Shown one piece after another: positions 1 to 8,512 of a DNA stretch of 30,773 nt. The DNA is taken from the NCBI GenBank assembly GCA_037444485.1, contig JBBIMI010000010.1, positions 1 through 30,773 on the forward strand. The letters are read 5' to 3'. The first letter of the stretch is position 1. Every line of letters begins with the position of its first letter. This DNA is from Candidatus Micrarchaeota archaeon. GTDB taxonomy: Archaea > Micrarchaeota > Micrarchaeia > Norongarragalinales > Norongarragalinaceae. The notes beneath the pieces were generated by a model. It did not search any database. It was given only the letters and a program-made list of their open reading frames with translations, and was not told the DNA's origin. A program made the translations under genes and the position numbers.

Positions 1-644
1 TGCTGCACTGGGAGTACGTGCCCATAGAACACAAGGAACTCGAAAAGAAAGTGTTAATAGAAGTAAGCAAGAATGTTGACGGAATCGGTTTGAATGAAAC
101 AGAACTCGCAGAAGCGCTGCACATGCTGGGCTGCGCGCGGGAAGCACACAAGATTGCGCGGCACGAAAGCGCTTACAACATTTATTTGGGCTTGCGCAAG
201 CTGCTTGAGAAACTCGGATTGAAGCGCCTGCAAGTACACAGTCTAGGTTACACTACAATAATCCTCAAAAAACCTTATCCAGTCGCGCCAGAAAAAGTGC
301 GTGACGCCTGCGTTTTCGCTTCTCTTGTCTCCTCCATTAAAGCCCGTTCCGGCGCGCGCGCGGTGACGCTTGACGACTTGAAGCGTTGCGGCGAGTTAAG
401 CGTTTCAGACACTGGCTTGAATCAAGTAAGCATTTTCGACTCCGAAATCGCGGGAGAATTGTTGAAAACAATGCGCGTGAAATTCTCGTCTGCAGCGCGC
501 CGCAAGTTTTTCTCTGAAGGCATCATTGAAATGAAAAACCATTTCGTGCTCATCGTGCCAGCTCCAATAATCCCGGCTCCAAAGCAAACAGTTGGCTTAG
601 GCGACGTGTTCAGCTCAACGTTCCTAACTAAAGAAAGAAGTTGA
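1..644 (+). CDS. ADP-dependent phosphofructokinase/glucokinase family protein, 5'-truncated by window edge
   Basis: Frame is open from base 3 (LHWEYVP...). Contains GLNETEL and C-terminal TVGLGD motifs of the ADP-PFK/GK (ribokinase-fold) family. Confidence 0.85.
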   Translation, partial: LHWEYVPIEHKELEKKVLIEVSKNVDGIGLNETELAEALHMLGCAREAHKIARHESAYNIYLGLRKLLEKLGLKRLQVHSLGYTTIILKKPYPVAPEKVRDACVFASLVSSIKARSGARAVTLDDLKRCGELSVSDTGLNQVSIFDSEIAGELLKTMRVKFSSAARRKFFSEGIIEMKNHFVLIVPAPIIPAPKQTVGLGDVFSSTFLTKERS

Positions 645-808
645 CGATTAACGTTTTAACGATTAATGTTAAGGCTGAAAAAATCAGGCGTTAAACTATA
701 AAAGATTTTTTTTCTCGACTTCGCGGTTTCCGGTTTTCCGCGCGTTTCCCGTCTTCCCTGTTTTCCGGTTTTTTGTTTTCTTGTTTTTCTGGTTTTGCGT
801 TTCTTTTT

Positions 809-2245
809 TTAGATTTTAAGTATCTTCAATAAAGTGCTTTCGCCGCTCAAGCCCAACGGAATTCCAGCAGTTACGAGCACGACCCTGTTTTTTTCAACGA
901 GTTTCCTGCGAATGATGGACGCGATTATCTTGCGCACGAGCACGTCAGTATTCGCAAGCGGGTTTTTGATTACTGCCGGATGAATCTTCGTTAGAACAGG
1001 GTGCACGCCCCAACACAAGTTCAACTTTCTCGCTTCCGACTCGTTCGGCGTCACCGCAACCACTCGCGCGCTGGGTTTGAAGCTGGAAATGAAACGCGCG
1101 GTTTTTCCAGTGACGGTGCAAGCAATTATTGCGTTCGCGCGCAGCAACTCGCTCGAGTGAACTATCGACGAGCTTACAACGCGCGGAACGCTTGAATACG
1201 AGTCTCTTGAACTGTTGACGCCGTTCTCCTTGAACTTCACTAACGAGTCAGTGCGTTCGGCAATTGAAGCCATCGCTTGAACGGCGCGCGTTGGAAACTC
1301 GCCGGTTGCTGTTTCGCCTGAAAGCATTACAGCGTCAGTGCCGTCAAGAATCGCGTTCGCCACGTCGGTAACCTCCGCGCGAGTAGGTTGCGGCGAGTGA
1401 ATCATGCTTTCAAGCATTTGCGTTGCAGTAATAACTGGTTTTGCTGCTTCGTTGCATTTCCTGATTATCGACTTCTGCGCGAAGGGAACGTCTTGAAAAG
1501 GAATTTGCACGCCTAAGTCGCCGCGCGCTATCATCACGCCATCACTCACTTCAATAATCTCTTCAACGTTCTTCAGCGCGAGCGCGTCCTCAATCTTCGC
1601 AATCACGCTGATGTCACTCTTCAAATGCGAAAGCAGTTTTTTCAACTCGCGGACGTCGCTAGCGTTTCTCACGAACGACTGCGCGACGAAGTCGACTTTC
1701 TGTGAAACCGCGAAACGAATTCCTTCGTAATCGCGTTTCGAAAGCGTGGGCGCGGAAATGAAGGCGTTCGGAATCGCGATTCCCTTGCGGCTGTTCAACT
1801 CGCCGCCAACGATTACAACGCATTCAACGTCTTGCCCGCGTTTCCTCAAAACCTTTAACTCAATCAAGCCGTCAGCTAAGTAAATTATTTTGCCTTCCGA
1901 GACTAAATCCGAAAAATTATCTAGGTTGACCGTGACTTCTTCAGGGGTTCCGACAACTTGACGCGTAGTTAAAACAATTTTCTTGCCTTCAAGCAAGCGA
2001 ATAGAATTGTTTTCAACAACACCAATACGCGTTTTCGGCCCAGGCAAATCAACAAGCAACGCCAAGTGCTTGCCTTGCTTTTTCGCAGCAACGCGAAGCG
2101 TTTTAATCGCGTTCGCGTGTTTTTGCGGGGTTCCATGCGAGTAATTCAAGCGAGCGACATCCATTCCTGCCTCAAGCATTCTCGCGATTACAGCGCTCGA
2201 ACTGCACGCGGGGCCTATGGTGCAAACGATTTTAGTTTTCCTCAA
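809..2245 (-). CDS. pyk: Pyruvate kinase
   Basis: RKTKIVCTIGP, ARLNYSHG, IAKIE, MIARGDLG, ATQMLESM, DAVMLSGETA motifs. TTG start with GGGTG SD-like site upstream. Confidence 0.97.
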   Translation of the reverse strand: MRKTKIVCTIGPACSSSAVIARMLEAGMDVARLNYSHGTPQKHANAIKTLRVAAKKQGKHLALLVDLPGPKTRIGVVENNSIRLLEGKKIVLTTRQVVGTPEEVTVNLDNFSDLVSEGKIIYLADGLIELKVLRKRGQDVECVVIVGGELNSRKGIAIPNAFISAPTLSKRDYEGIRFAVSQKVDFVAQSFVRNASDVRELKKLLSHLKSDISVIAKIEDALALKNVEEIIEVSDGVMIARGDLGVQIPFQDVPFAQKSIIRKCNEAAKPVITATQMLESMIHSPQPTRAEVTDVANAILDGTDAVMLSGETATGEFPTRAVQAMASIAERTDSLVKFKENGVNSSRDSYSSVPRVVSSSIVHSSELLRANAIIACTVTGKTARFISSFKPSARVVAVTPNESEARKLNLCWGVHPVLTKIHPAVIKNPLANTDVLVRKIIASIIRRKLVEKNRVVLVTAGIPLGLSGESTLLKILKI

Positions 2246-2373
2246 AAAAACTAAGCACCCCGAAACTTTAAGGCACGCGAAAATAGGTTTTTTATTAAGA
2301 AAACATTTTAATTATTGCCATTCAACAGTTTTTACGACAAAAAACGTAAGCGCTTTACGCGTTTTTTGAGGCA

Positions 2374-2415
2374 CACTTTATTTTTCGAGGTTGTCACTTT
2401 ATTTTTTGAGGTTGT
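2374..2415. repeat. 21-nt tandem duplication containing the cysS RBS
   Basis: cactttatttttcgaggttgt / cactttattttttgaggttgt, one mismatch. Confidence 0.9.
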
Positions 2416-2420
2416 TTTTC

Positions 2421-3866
2421 TTGACTCTAAAATTTTTCAACACCTTGTCGAAACGCGTCGAGGAATTTGTTCCCTTGCGCGCAGGAGAAGCGCGCGCGTA
2501 CGTCTGCGGGCCGACCGTCTACCACTACGCGCACGTCGGCAACTTCCGCACTTACGTTTTCAGCGACTTGCTGCACCGTTGGTTGAAGCGTAAAGGCTTT
2601 AAAGTCACGATGGTGATGAACTTAACTGACGTGGACGACAAGACCATTCGCAGCTCGCGCGAACAAGGAATTCCCCTCAAGCAATTTACTGAACGCTACG
2701 AAAAAGCTTTTTTTGAAGACTGTGAAACGCTCGGCATAGAACGCGTCGAACGCTACCCTAAAGCAACTGAACACGTTCCTGAAATGATTGCATTAGTCAA
2801 GAAACTCTTGAAAAAAGGTTTAGCGTACAAGGGAGAAGATGGAAGCGTTTACTACAACATCAGCAAGTTCAAAGATTACGGCAAGCTCAGCGGAATCAAC
2901 TTGAAGAAACTTGAAGCCGGCGCGAGCGGACGCGTGCGCGCAGACGAGTACTCTAAAGAAAACGCTTCAGACTTCGTTTTATGGAAGGCTTGGACTCCTG
3001 AAGACGGCAACGTTTTTTGGGAAACCGAACTCGGCAAAGGCAGGCCAGGCTGGCATTTAGAGTGCAGCGCGATGAGCATGAAGTACTTGGGCGAGTCGTT
3101 CGACATCCACGCAGGCGGCGTTGACTTGATTTTCCCGCATCACGAGAACGAGATAGCGCAAAGCGAAGGCGCGACCAACAAAAAATTCGTTAATTATTGG
3201 ATTCACTGCGAACACTTGTTGGTGGACGGGCGCAAGATGAGCAAATCTCTAGGCAATTTTTTCACGCTCCGCGACTTGCTTGGCAAGGGATTCAAACCCA
3301 AAGCCATTCGCTACTTTCTACTCTCAGGCTATTACAAGCAACAGTTAAACTTGACGTTTGAAGCCCTGCGCGCTGCCGAAGAAGCAGTCAAGCGCTTAAA
3401 CGACTTTCGCGACGCGCTCCAAGAAATTTCAAGCGAAAAAACAAGGGTTAAAGAAAAAGAAAACAAAGAAGCTGAAAACAAAGAAGCCGCCGTGCTGGTG
3501 GAACGCGTGAAGAAAGAGTTTGAACAAGCGCTGGACGCGGACTTGAACATGCCGCTCGCGCTCGCCACATTATTCGAATTCGTGCGCGATTACAACAAGT
3601 TAATTGAAGAAAAAAAACTCGGAAGTAAAAACGCACGCGACGCGCTTGAAGCACTCAAAGAATTCGATTCCGTACTCGGCGTTCTCTCGCAAAAGCAAGC
3701 CACGCCCGAATTAAAGAAATTCGTTGAAGAAAAAATCCGCGAGCGCGAGCAAGCGCGAAAACGAAGAGACTTCGCGACCAGCGACGCGATTCGCCTCGAG
3801 CTCAAGCGCCGCGGCGTAGTTATCGAAGACACGCCGAGTGGCGTAAAGTGGAAGCTTGAAGAATAA
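2421..3866 (+). CDS. cysS: Cysteine--tRNA ligase
   Basis: YVCGPTVY, HVGN (HIGH), GRPGWHLECSAM, DIHAGGVDLIFPHHENE, KMSKS. Start placed at TTG 2421 after GAGGT. Confidence 0.97.
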   Translation: MTLKFFNTLSKRVEEFVPLRAGEARAYVCGPTVYHYAHVGNFRTYVFSDLLHRWLKRKGFKVTMVMNLTDVDDKTIRSSREQGIPLKQFTERYEKAFFEDCETLGIERVERYPKATEHVPEMIALVKKLLKKGLAYKGEDGSVYYNISKFKDYGKLSGINLKKLEAGASGRVRADEYSKENASDFVLWKAWTPEDGNVFWETELGKGRPGWHLECSAMSMKYLGESFDIHAGGVDLIFPHHENEIAQSEGATNKKFVNYWIHCEHLLVDGRKMSKSLGNFFTLRDLLGKGFKPKAIRYFLLSGYYKQQLNLTFEALRAAEEAVKRLNDFRDALQEISSEKTRVKEKENKEAENKEAAVLVERVKKEFEQALDADLNMPLALATLFEFVRDYNKLIEEKKLGSKNARDALEALKEFDSVLGVLSQKQATPELKKFVEEKIREREQARKRRDFATSDAIRLELKRRGVVIEDTPSGVKWKLEE

Positions 3867-4033
3867 CGGAAAACAAGAAAGTAAGAGAACGAGAATAAGC
3901 GCTTAAAAAATTAAGCAGTTGAAAACTTGTTCTTCCGCCTCGAAAGCCTCAAAAACTAAACTGGTTGGTTTATTAGGTTGCTTGCGTTTATATTTGCGTT
4001 TACTTTGCTTTACTGAAGCGAGGGTTTTGATTC

Positions 4034-4378
4034 GTGTTCAAGGGCTTGACGAAGAAAATCAAGTGGCGGGATTACAAGAACTCGAGCCGCGAGCGCCGAC
4101 AACTTTCAGGCTACGGCGCGTTGACAGCTGAAGGCGTGCCTTACGTGCGCCTGCGCAAGAAAATCACGCCGCGCGCCGCAATCGAGAAAGCGCTGGAACT
4201 CGGCTTGCGCGCTAGCGACGAAAAACACCCTGAACGAAGAAAATACGTCAACTTTAGAGACAACAGCGGCGAGCTAGTCGCCAGCATCGTCGACTGGAAC
4301 CTTATTCTGCTTCCACGCAACGACTCTGCGCGGCGCGTTGGAATAGCATTCGTAAACGCGTTGCTTGAAAAAAGTTGA
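4034..4378 (+). CDS. Hypothetical basic protein, 114 aa
   Basis: GTG start after GAGGG. Fills the gap between cysS and the convergent dnaG. No motif recognised. Confidence 0.7.
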   Translation: MFKGLTKKIKWRDYKNSSRERRQLSGYGALTAEGVPYVRLRKKITPRAAIEKALELGLRASDEKHPERRKYVNFRDNSGELVASIVDWNLILLPRNDSARRVGIAFVNALLEKS

Positions 4379-4390
4379 AAGAAAACGCGT

Positions 4391-5701
4391 TCACGCGTTC
4401 TGCTCGGCCAAGATTATTTTCACAGTCGCTGGCCTGCGCGTTATGTTGCCGGCGCGAATGCCGACCACGTAATTCGCGTGTTTTTCTTCGGCTAAGTCAA
4501 CCAAACGCTGCGTTACGATTCCGTCCAACACGATTGCGTTCACGTCACGCGACTCGCTCAAAGTCTTCATGATTTCACGGATAGGCACTTCGCCGACGTT
4601 CCTGCCGCTGGCGTCGATGAGCCGCGCCTTCAACGAACCCTCCAACTCTAACAGCGTTTTCTTCAAAAACTCTATTTTTTCCTTATCGTCGAACTCGGAC
4701 GATTCAACGCGTTGAATCGGCGTGACGCGTTGCACTGCGCGCGGCGCTGGCTGCGCTGGCGTTGCTGGCGCGAGTGCAACTTGAAGTGTTGGCGAAACAC
4801 GGCGAACCGCAGCTGACGCAGGCGCTTGTTGTGCTTGCAAGCGTTCAGCCTGCGCTTTTTGTTGCATGATGTCCGCATAGCCTGCGACTTGTTCTACTGG
4901 AATTCGCGAGTGAAGGCACTTGACGAGTTCCTTGCGCGTGAGTTCCTCTACTTCTTTGCCTGGAGGCGCGCGCGCTACGTAATCGATGTCAGTCGCGTTC
5001 AACAATTCGCGGAGAATAATGTCTCCACCGCGGTCGCCGTCTAGAAAAACCGTCACTTCCTTGCGCCTGCCTAAGTCTGAAATTGTTTTTCCGACTTTCG
5101 CGCCGCCCACCGCAATAGCGTTGTTAATGTTGTTTTTCAACAAGTTAATTACGTCAGCGCGGCCTTCAACGAAAATCACTTCCTCGCTTGAGTCGATTGC
5201 AGGCCCTGCTGGCAAGCGGTCTTCACCGTACTCTACTACGTCGGAAATCTTTACTTCCTCGCGCACGAGTTCACTTAATTCCTTGCTCTCCGGAATTTCG
5301 GTTGAAAGCAGTGTTTTAAGCAAGCTCTTCGCGCGGGCGAGCAGTTGCTTGCGCTTCAAATTCCTGGAGTCTTCGATGCGCGTGACTGTTATTCTCGCGT
5401 CGCAGGGTCCCGCGCGGTCCACGATTTCCAAGCTCGCTGCAAGAATGCTGGTTTCAACCATGTCTAAACTCGAGGGAACCACTATTGTTCCAAAACTCTT
5501 GCCTCCGCGCACTTGCGCTTCAACTTCTATTCTCCCGATTCGGCCGTTTTTCTGCAATTCACGCAAGTCCAACTCGTCGCCGAGCAGGCCTTCAGTTTGA
5601 CCGAAGATTGCGCCTACAATGTCAGGCTTTTCAACGATTCCATCAATTTCAAAATTTGCTTTAATCAAGTACTTTACTGTGTCGATGTAAGTCTTACCCA
5701 C
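4391..5701 (-). CDS. dnaG: Archaeal DnaG (TOPRIM; exosome-associated)
   Basis: GIVEKPDIVGAIFGQTEGLLG, GRIGRI, VEGRADV, FLDGDRGG motifs. GTG start with GGGGTGA SD. Confidence 0.95.
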   Translation of the reverse strand: MGKTYIDTVKYLIKANFEIDGIVEKPDIVGAIFGQTEGLLGDELDLRELQKNGRIGRIEVEAQVRGGKSFGTIVVPSSLDMVETSILAASLEIVDRAGPCDARITVTRIEDSRNLKRKQLLARAKSLLKTLLSTEIPESKELSELVREEVKISDVVEYGEDRLPAGPAIDSSEEVIFVEGRADVINLLKNNINNAIAVGGAKVGKTISDLGRRKEVTVFLDGDRGGDIILRELLNATDIDYVARAPPGKEVEELTRKELVKCLHSRIPVEQVAGYADIMQQKAQAERLQAQQAPASAAVRRVSPTLQVALAPATPAQPAPRAVQRVTPIQRVESSEFDDKEKIEFLKKTLLELEGSLKARLIDASGRNVGEVPIREIMKTLSESRDVNAIVLDGIVTQRLVDLAEEKHANYVVGIRAGNITRRPATVKIILAEQNA

Positions 5702-5860
5702 TTCTGTTCACCCCTAAAACCAATTTAAGCAAACCACTAATCCTCAACAAACTCTCAACCTTTAGAGAGGAACTCGCTTTTCGAAAAAGAAGCGCCGAGA
5801 AAAAAACGAAAACGCCGGAAAAAAACGAGAAAACAAAACATTAAACGAAAACGTTAAACG

Positions 5861-6280
5861 TTAAACGCGTTTTTCACTTGTTTCTTCAAGCAGGCGTTCG
5901 AGCGCGAAACCCAAGTGTTCCACGCGATTAACGCGAAACAACCGCTTGAAATCGCGGCGTAAGGACGCGTTGACTGAAATACCTTCAGCAAGCAATGCTT
6001 CCTCGAGCTCAGCGCAACGGCGTTTGCCTTCAACGTCGAAATCAGTCAACAAAACCACGCAGTTGCCCACGCAGTTGCCTTTTGTTCTGCTTAAGGCTTT
6101 CACAACGCGGCTTGCCACGTTCTCCGCGCTGCCGAGTGCTTGCACCACGCGCGCTTTCTCGATGCCGGCTTCACGCAACGCTCGCGCGTCACGCTTGCCT
6201 TCAACTACGAGCACGCTTTCGTCAAGTTGCTTAATGATTCGGCGCAAGCGCTTGAGCTTGCGTTGTTGCTTTGACTGCAA
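5861..6280 (-). CDS. Small TOPRIM-domain protein
   Basis: VVEGKRD and LLTDFDVEG TOPRIM motifs. TTG start. Confidence 0.88.
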   Translation of the reverse strand: MQSKQQRKLKRLRRIIKQLDESVLVVEGKRDARALREAGIEKARVVQALGSAENVASRVVKALSRTKGNCVGNCVVLLTDFDVEGKRRCAELEEALLAEGISVNASLRRDFKRLFRVNRVEHLGFALERLLEETSEKRV

Positions 6281-6324
6281 CTAAGGCAACGCCTTTTTTC
6301 ACGCTTTTTTCCGCGTTGATTCGC

Positions 6325-6744
6325 TCAAGATTTGACGCGTTCTTTTTCTGCGATTAGGTCATACAAGGAGGGAGAAATGCGAACAATATCTCTTGCAGAT
6401 ATTATTCCTACGACGTTGCTGCCTTTAAAGACAACCAGCCTCTTAACGTTTTTTGCTCCCATGAGTTTCGCTGCTTCACTAATGTCTTTGTCTGGCTCGA
6501 GCCCGATTAAGGGCTTGCTCGCGATTTCTTTTACTTTCGCGTTCAAGTTTTTCGTTGCGAGCGCGTTCCTAACTAAGTCAGCGTCCGTTACAAGAGCGTA
6601 AATTTTTCCCTTAACGTCCGTAACCAGGAGGCAAGAAACATCCTTGTCCTTCATCTTGACTGCAGCGTCGTACACTGAAGCGTCTTCGTTTATAGTGACG
6701 AGGCTAGTTTTCATGCAGTCTCCAACCTTAATCCCTGTCTCCAT
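6325..6744 (-). CDS. CBS-domain pair protein
   Basis: Two CBS repeats (KVGDCMKTSLVT...ALVTDADL; KVKEIASKPL...GIISARDI). Confidence 0.9.
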   Translation of the reverse strand: METGIKVGDCMKTSLVTINEDASVYDAAVKMKDKDVSCLLVTDVKGKIYALVTDADLVRNALATKNLNAKVKEIASKPLIGLEPDKDISEAAKLMGAKNVKRLVVFKGSNVVGIISARDIVRISPSLYDLIAEKERVKS

Positions 6745-6766
6745 GCATTGAATTAAGAAAAAAGCG

Positions 6767-6776
6767 ATTTAAAAAA
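6767..6776 (-). promoter_or_regulatory. TATA box for a probably leaderless CBS gene transcript
   Basis: TTTTTTAAAT 23-32 nt upstream of the ATG; no SD present. Confidence 0.55.
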
Positions 6777-6883
6777 CTATTGCAAAAAAACAATGTTAAA
6801 ACCGACGAATGACGAAAAATTAGGTAGGGGGAAACGCTTGTTTTTTTAAAGTGTTTTGCCTTTAATTGATTCTCGAGTTAGCG

Positions 6884-7258
6884 ATGTCTTACAATAAGGG
6901 AAGTTTCTTCGAGCGGGACTTGAAGCGTAAGCTCGAAGAAAAAGGTTTTTTCGTAGTTCGCGCTAGCGGTTCAGGTGTCGACGGAGTGAGCCCAGACTTG
7001 ATTGTTCTTCACACTACAAAAAAATTTGCTGTAGAATGCAAGGCGTGGCGACGCGCGCCCCGCATTGAAAACACGAAATTCAAGGTTTTAAGCGAGTGGC
7101 AGGCGACTACAGGAATGCCGGTTTACGTGGCTTGGAAGGCCCCACGAAAAGAATGGCGTTTTTTTCCATTGAGCGCACTCAAGGAATCGCCGCTAGGCTA
7201 CTCTCTATCGCGAAACGATTTACAAGCAGGATTAAAGCTTGAAGACTTAGTAAAATGA
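6884..7258 (+). CDS. hjc: Holliday junction resolvase Hjc
   Basis: KGSFFERDL...GFFVVRASGSG...PDLI...AVECK. ATG at 6884 preferred. Confidence 0.9.
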   Translation: MSYNKGSFFERDLKRKLEEKGFFVVRASGSGVDGVSPDLIVLHTTKKFAVECKAWRRAPRIENTKFKVLSEWQATTGMPVYVAWKAPRKEWRFFPLSALKESPLGYSLSRNDLQAGLKLEDLVK

Positions 7259-7451
7259 GCAGGATTTTTCATTCTAAAGTCTTTTAAAAAGTTGAAGTGA
7301 GCGCTCGTTTCAAAAAGCAAGTTAATTCTTCAATTAAAAAAATTGAGGCTTTCAAAGTTTTTTTCAGGCTTCTAGTTGGAAAACCGCTTGAAAACTTTTG
7401 CTTCTATTTTTCTACTTCTATTTTCCTATACGGTTTGCTTGCGAGAGTTGC

Positions 7452-7796
7452 TTACAACAGTTTTAAGCTTCCAGTGACCGCATCGATTTTCGCTTCGTCT
7501 GCAGGCCCGATTGCTAGCGCCGTCAGCGAGCCTGGCGCGATTTGCGTGAATCCAGCGTCACGCACTAACGCGCAAGGCAACTTTGATGCGCGCGCTTTTT
7601 TCTCGAGTTCACGTAATTCTTTTTCGCTCGATGATTTAACGACTATTTTTTCGCTTCCTTGTTTGAGCCAAGCCTCGCGTTCCTTTCTTCCAGCCTTGAG
7701 AAAACCTTGAAGCGAGGCGTGAGCGCACTGCGCGGCTATTTTCCCTTTACCCATGCCTAAGTCTGTTCGCACAACGATGACTTGCTTTAAGCTCAC
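7452..7796 (-). CDS. pth2: Peptidyl-tRNA hydrolase Pth2
   Basis: KQVIVVRTDLGMGKGKIAAQCAHA, DAGFTQIAPGSLTALAIGP. GTG start. Confidence 0.95.
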   Translation of the reverse strand: MSLKQVIVVRTDLGMGKGKIAAQCAHASLQGFLKAGRKEREAWLKQGSEKIVVKSSSEKELRELEKKARASKLPCALVRDAGFTQIAPGSLTALAIGPADEAKIDAVTGSLKLL

Positions 7797-8042
7797 TCTT
7801 CAGCCCCTCTGGTTGCGCGCGAAAAAAGAAAACGAAGAAACGGGGAAACGAAAAAGTTTTTAAACAGTTTTCCGATTAGAAATTATTGTAGATATTGTAG
7901 AAATTAATTGAATTATTTATTTTATTAATTATTAATTATTAAATTTTATTAATTATTAAATCACGTTTTTTTAAATCGTTAAATTATAGGCGGTTATTGG
8001 TTTTAAATATTGGTTTTAAACTTTTTGGCGAGGTGGAAAAAA

Positions 8043-8498
8043 ATGAAGAGGTGGGCGAGGCCTTGGTTTTTTGATCCGTTTAGGGAACTGGAACGCGAAA
8101 TAGAATGGCCGTCTTTCAGGTGGCCGTCTTTCAAGGTGTTAGCACCGCCTTTCCGCTTTGAGAGAATTCCATTCATTGACGTGTTTGAAACGAAGAACGA
8201 AGTCGTAGTTACTGCTGAATTGCCTGGCGTGAAGAAGGAGGACTTGAAAGTAAACGTTTCAGATAAAGGAATACGCATTACTGTGAGGGAAAAAGAAAAG
8301 AAAGAAACAGAAAAAAAAGAGGAAGGCGGTTACCGTTACGAGTACTCTTCGCGTTTTGAGGGACTCGACGAATACCAATCTTTTCCAAGCGCAGTTGACG
8401 CGGTGCGCGCTAAAGCCACTTTCAAGAACGGCGTCCTAGAAGTACGCATTCCAAAACGCGAGAAAACAGTTGAAGGCAAGGAAGTAAAAATCGAGTAA
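8043..8498 (+). CDS. Small heat-shock protein (Hsp20/alpha-crystallin)
   Basis: DVFETKNEVVVTAELPGV, KATFKNGVLEVRIPK, C-terminal VKIE. ATG 8043 after GAGGTGG. Confidence 0.93.
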   Translation: MKRWARPWFFDPFRELEREIEWPSFRWPSFKVLAPPFRFERIPFIDVFETKNEVVVTAELPGVKKEDLKVNVSDKGIRITVREKEKKETEKKEEGGYRYEYSSRFEGLDEYQSFPSAVDAVRAKATFKNGVLEVRIPKREKTVEGKEVKIE

Positions 8499-8512
8499 TT
8501 CGGTTGAATGCG

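Noticed and set aside
4986..5600. Long antisense ORFs (4986-5600, 8643-9173, 25905-26594 and others)
   Set aside because: Shadows of well-supported genes on the opposite strand, with no motifs of their own.
7880..7990. Replication origin DUE
   Set aside because: No ORB-like G-string repeats and no orc1/cdc6 in the window.
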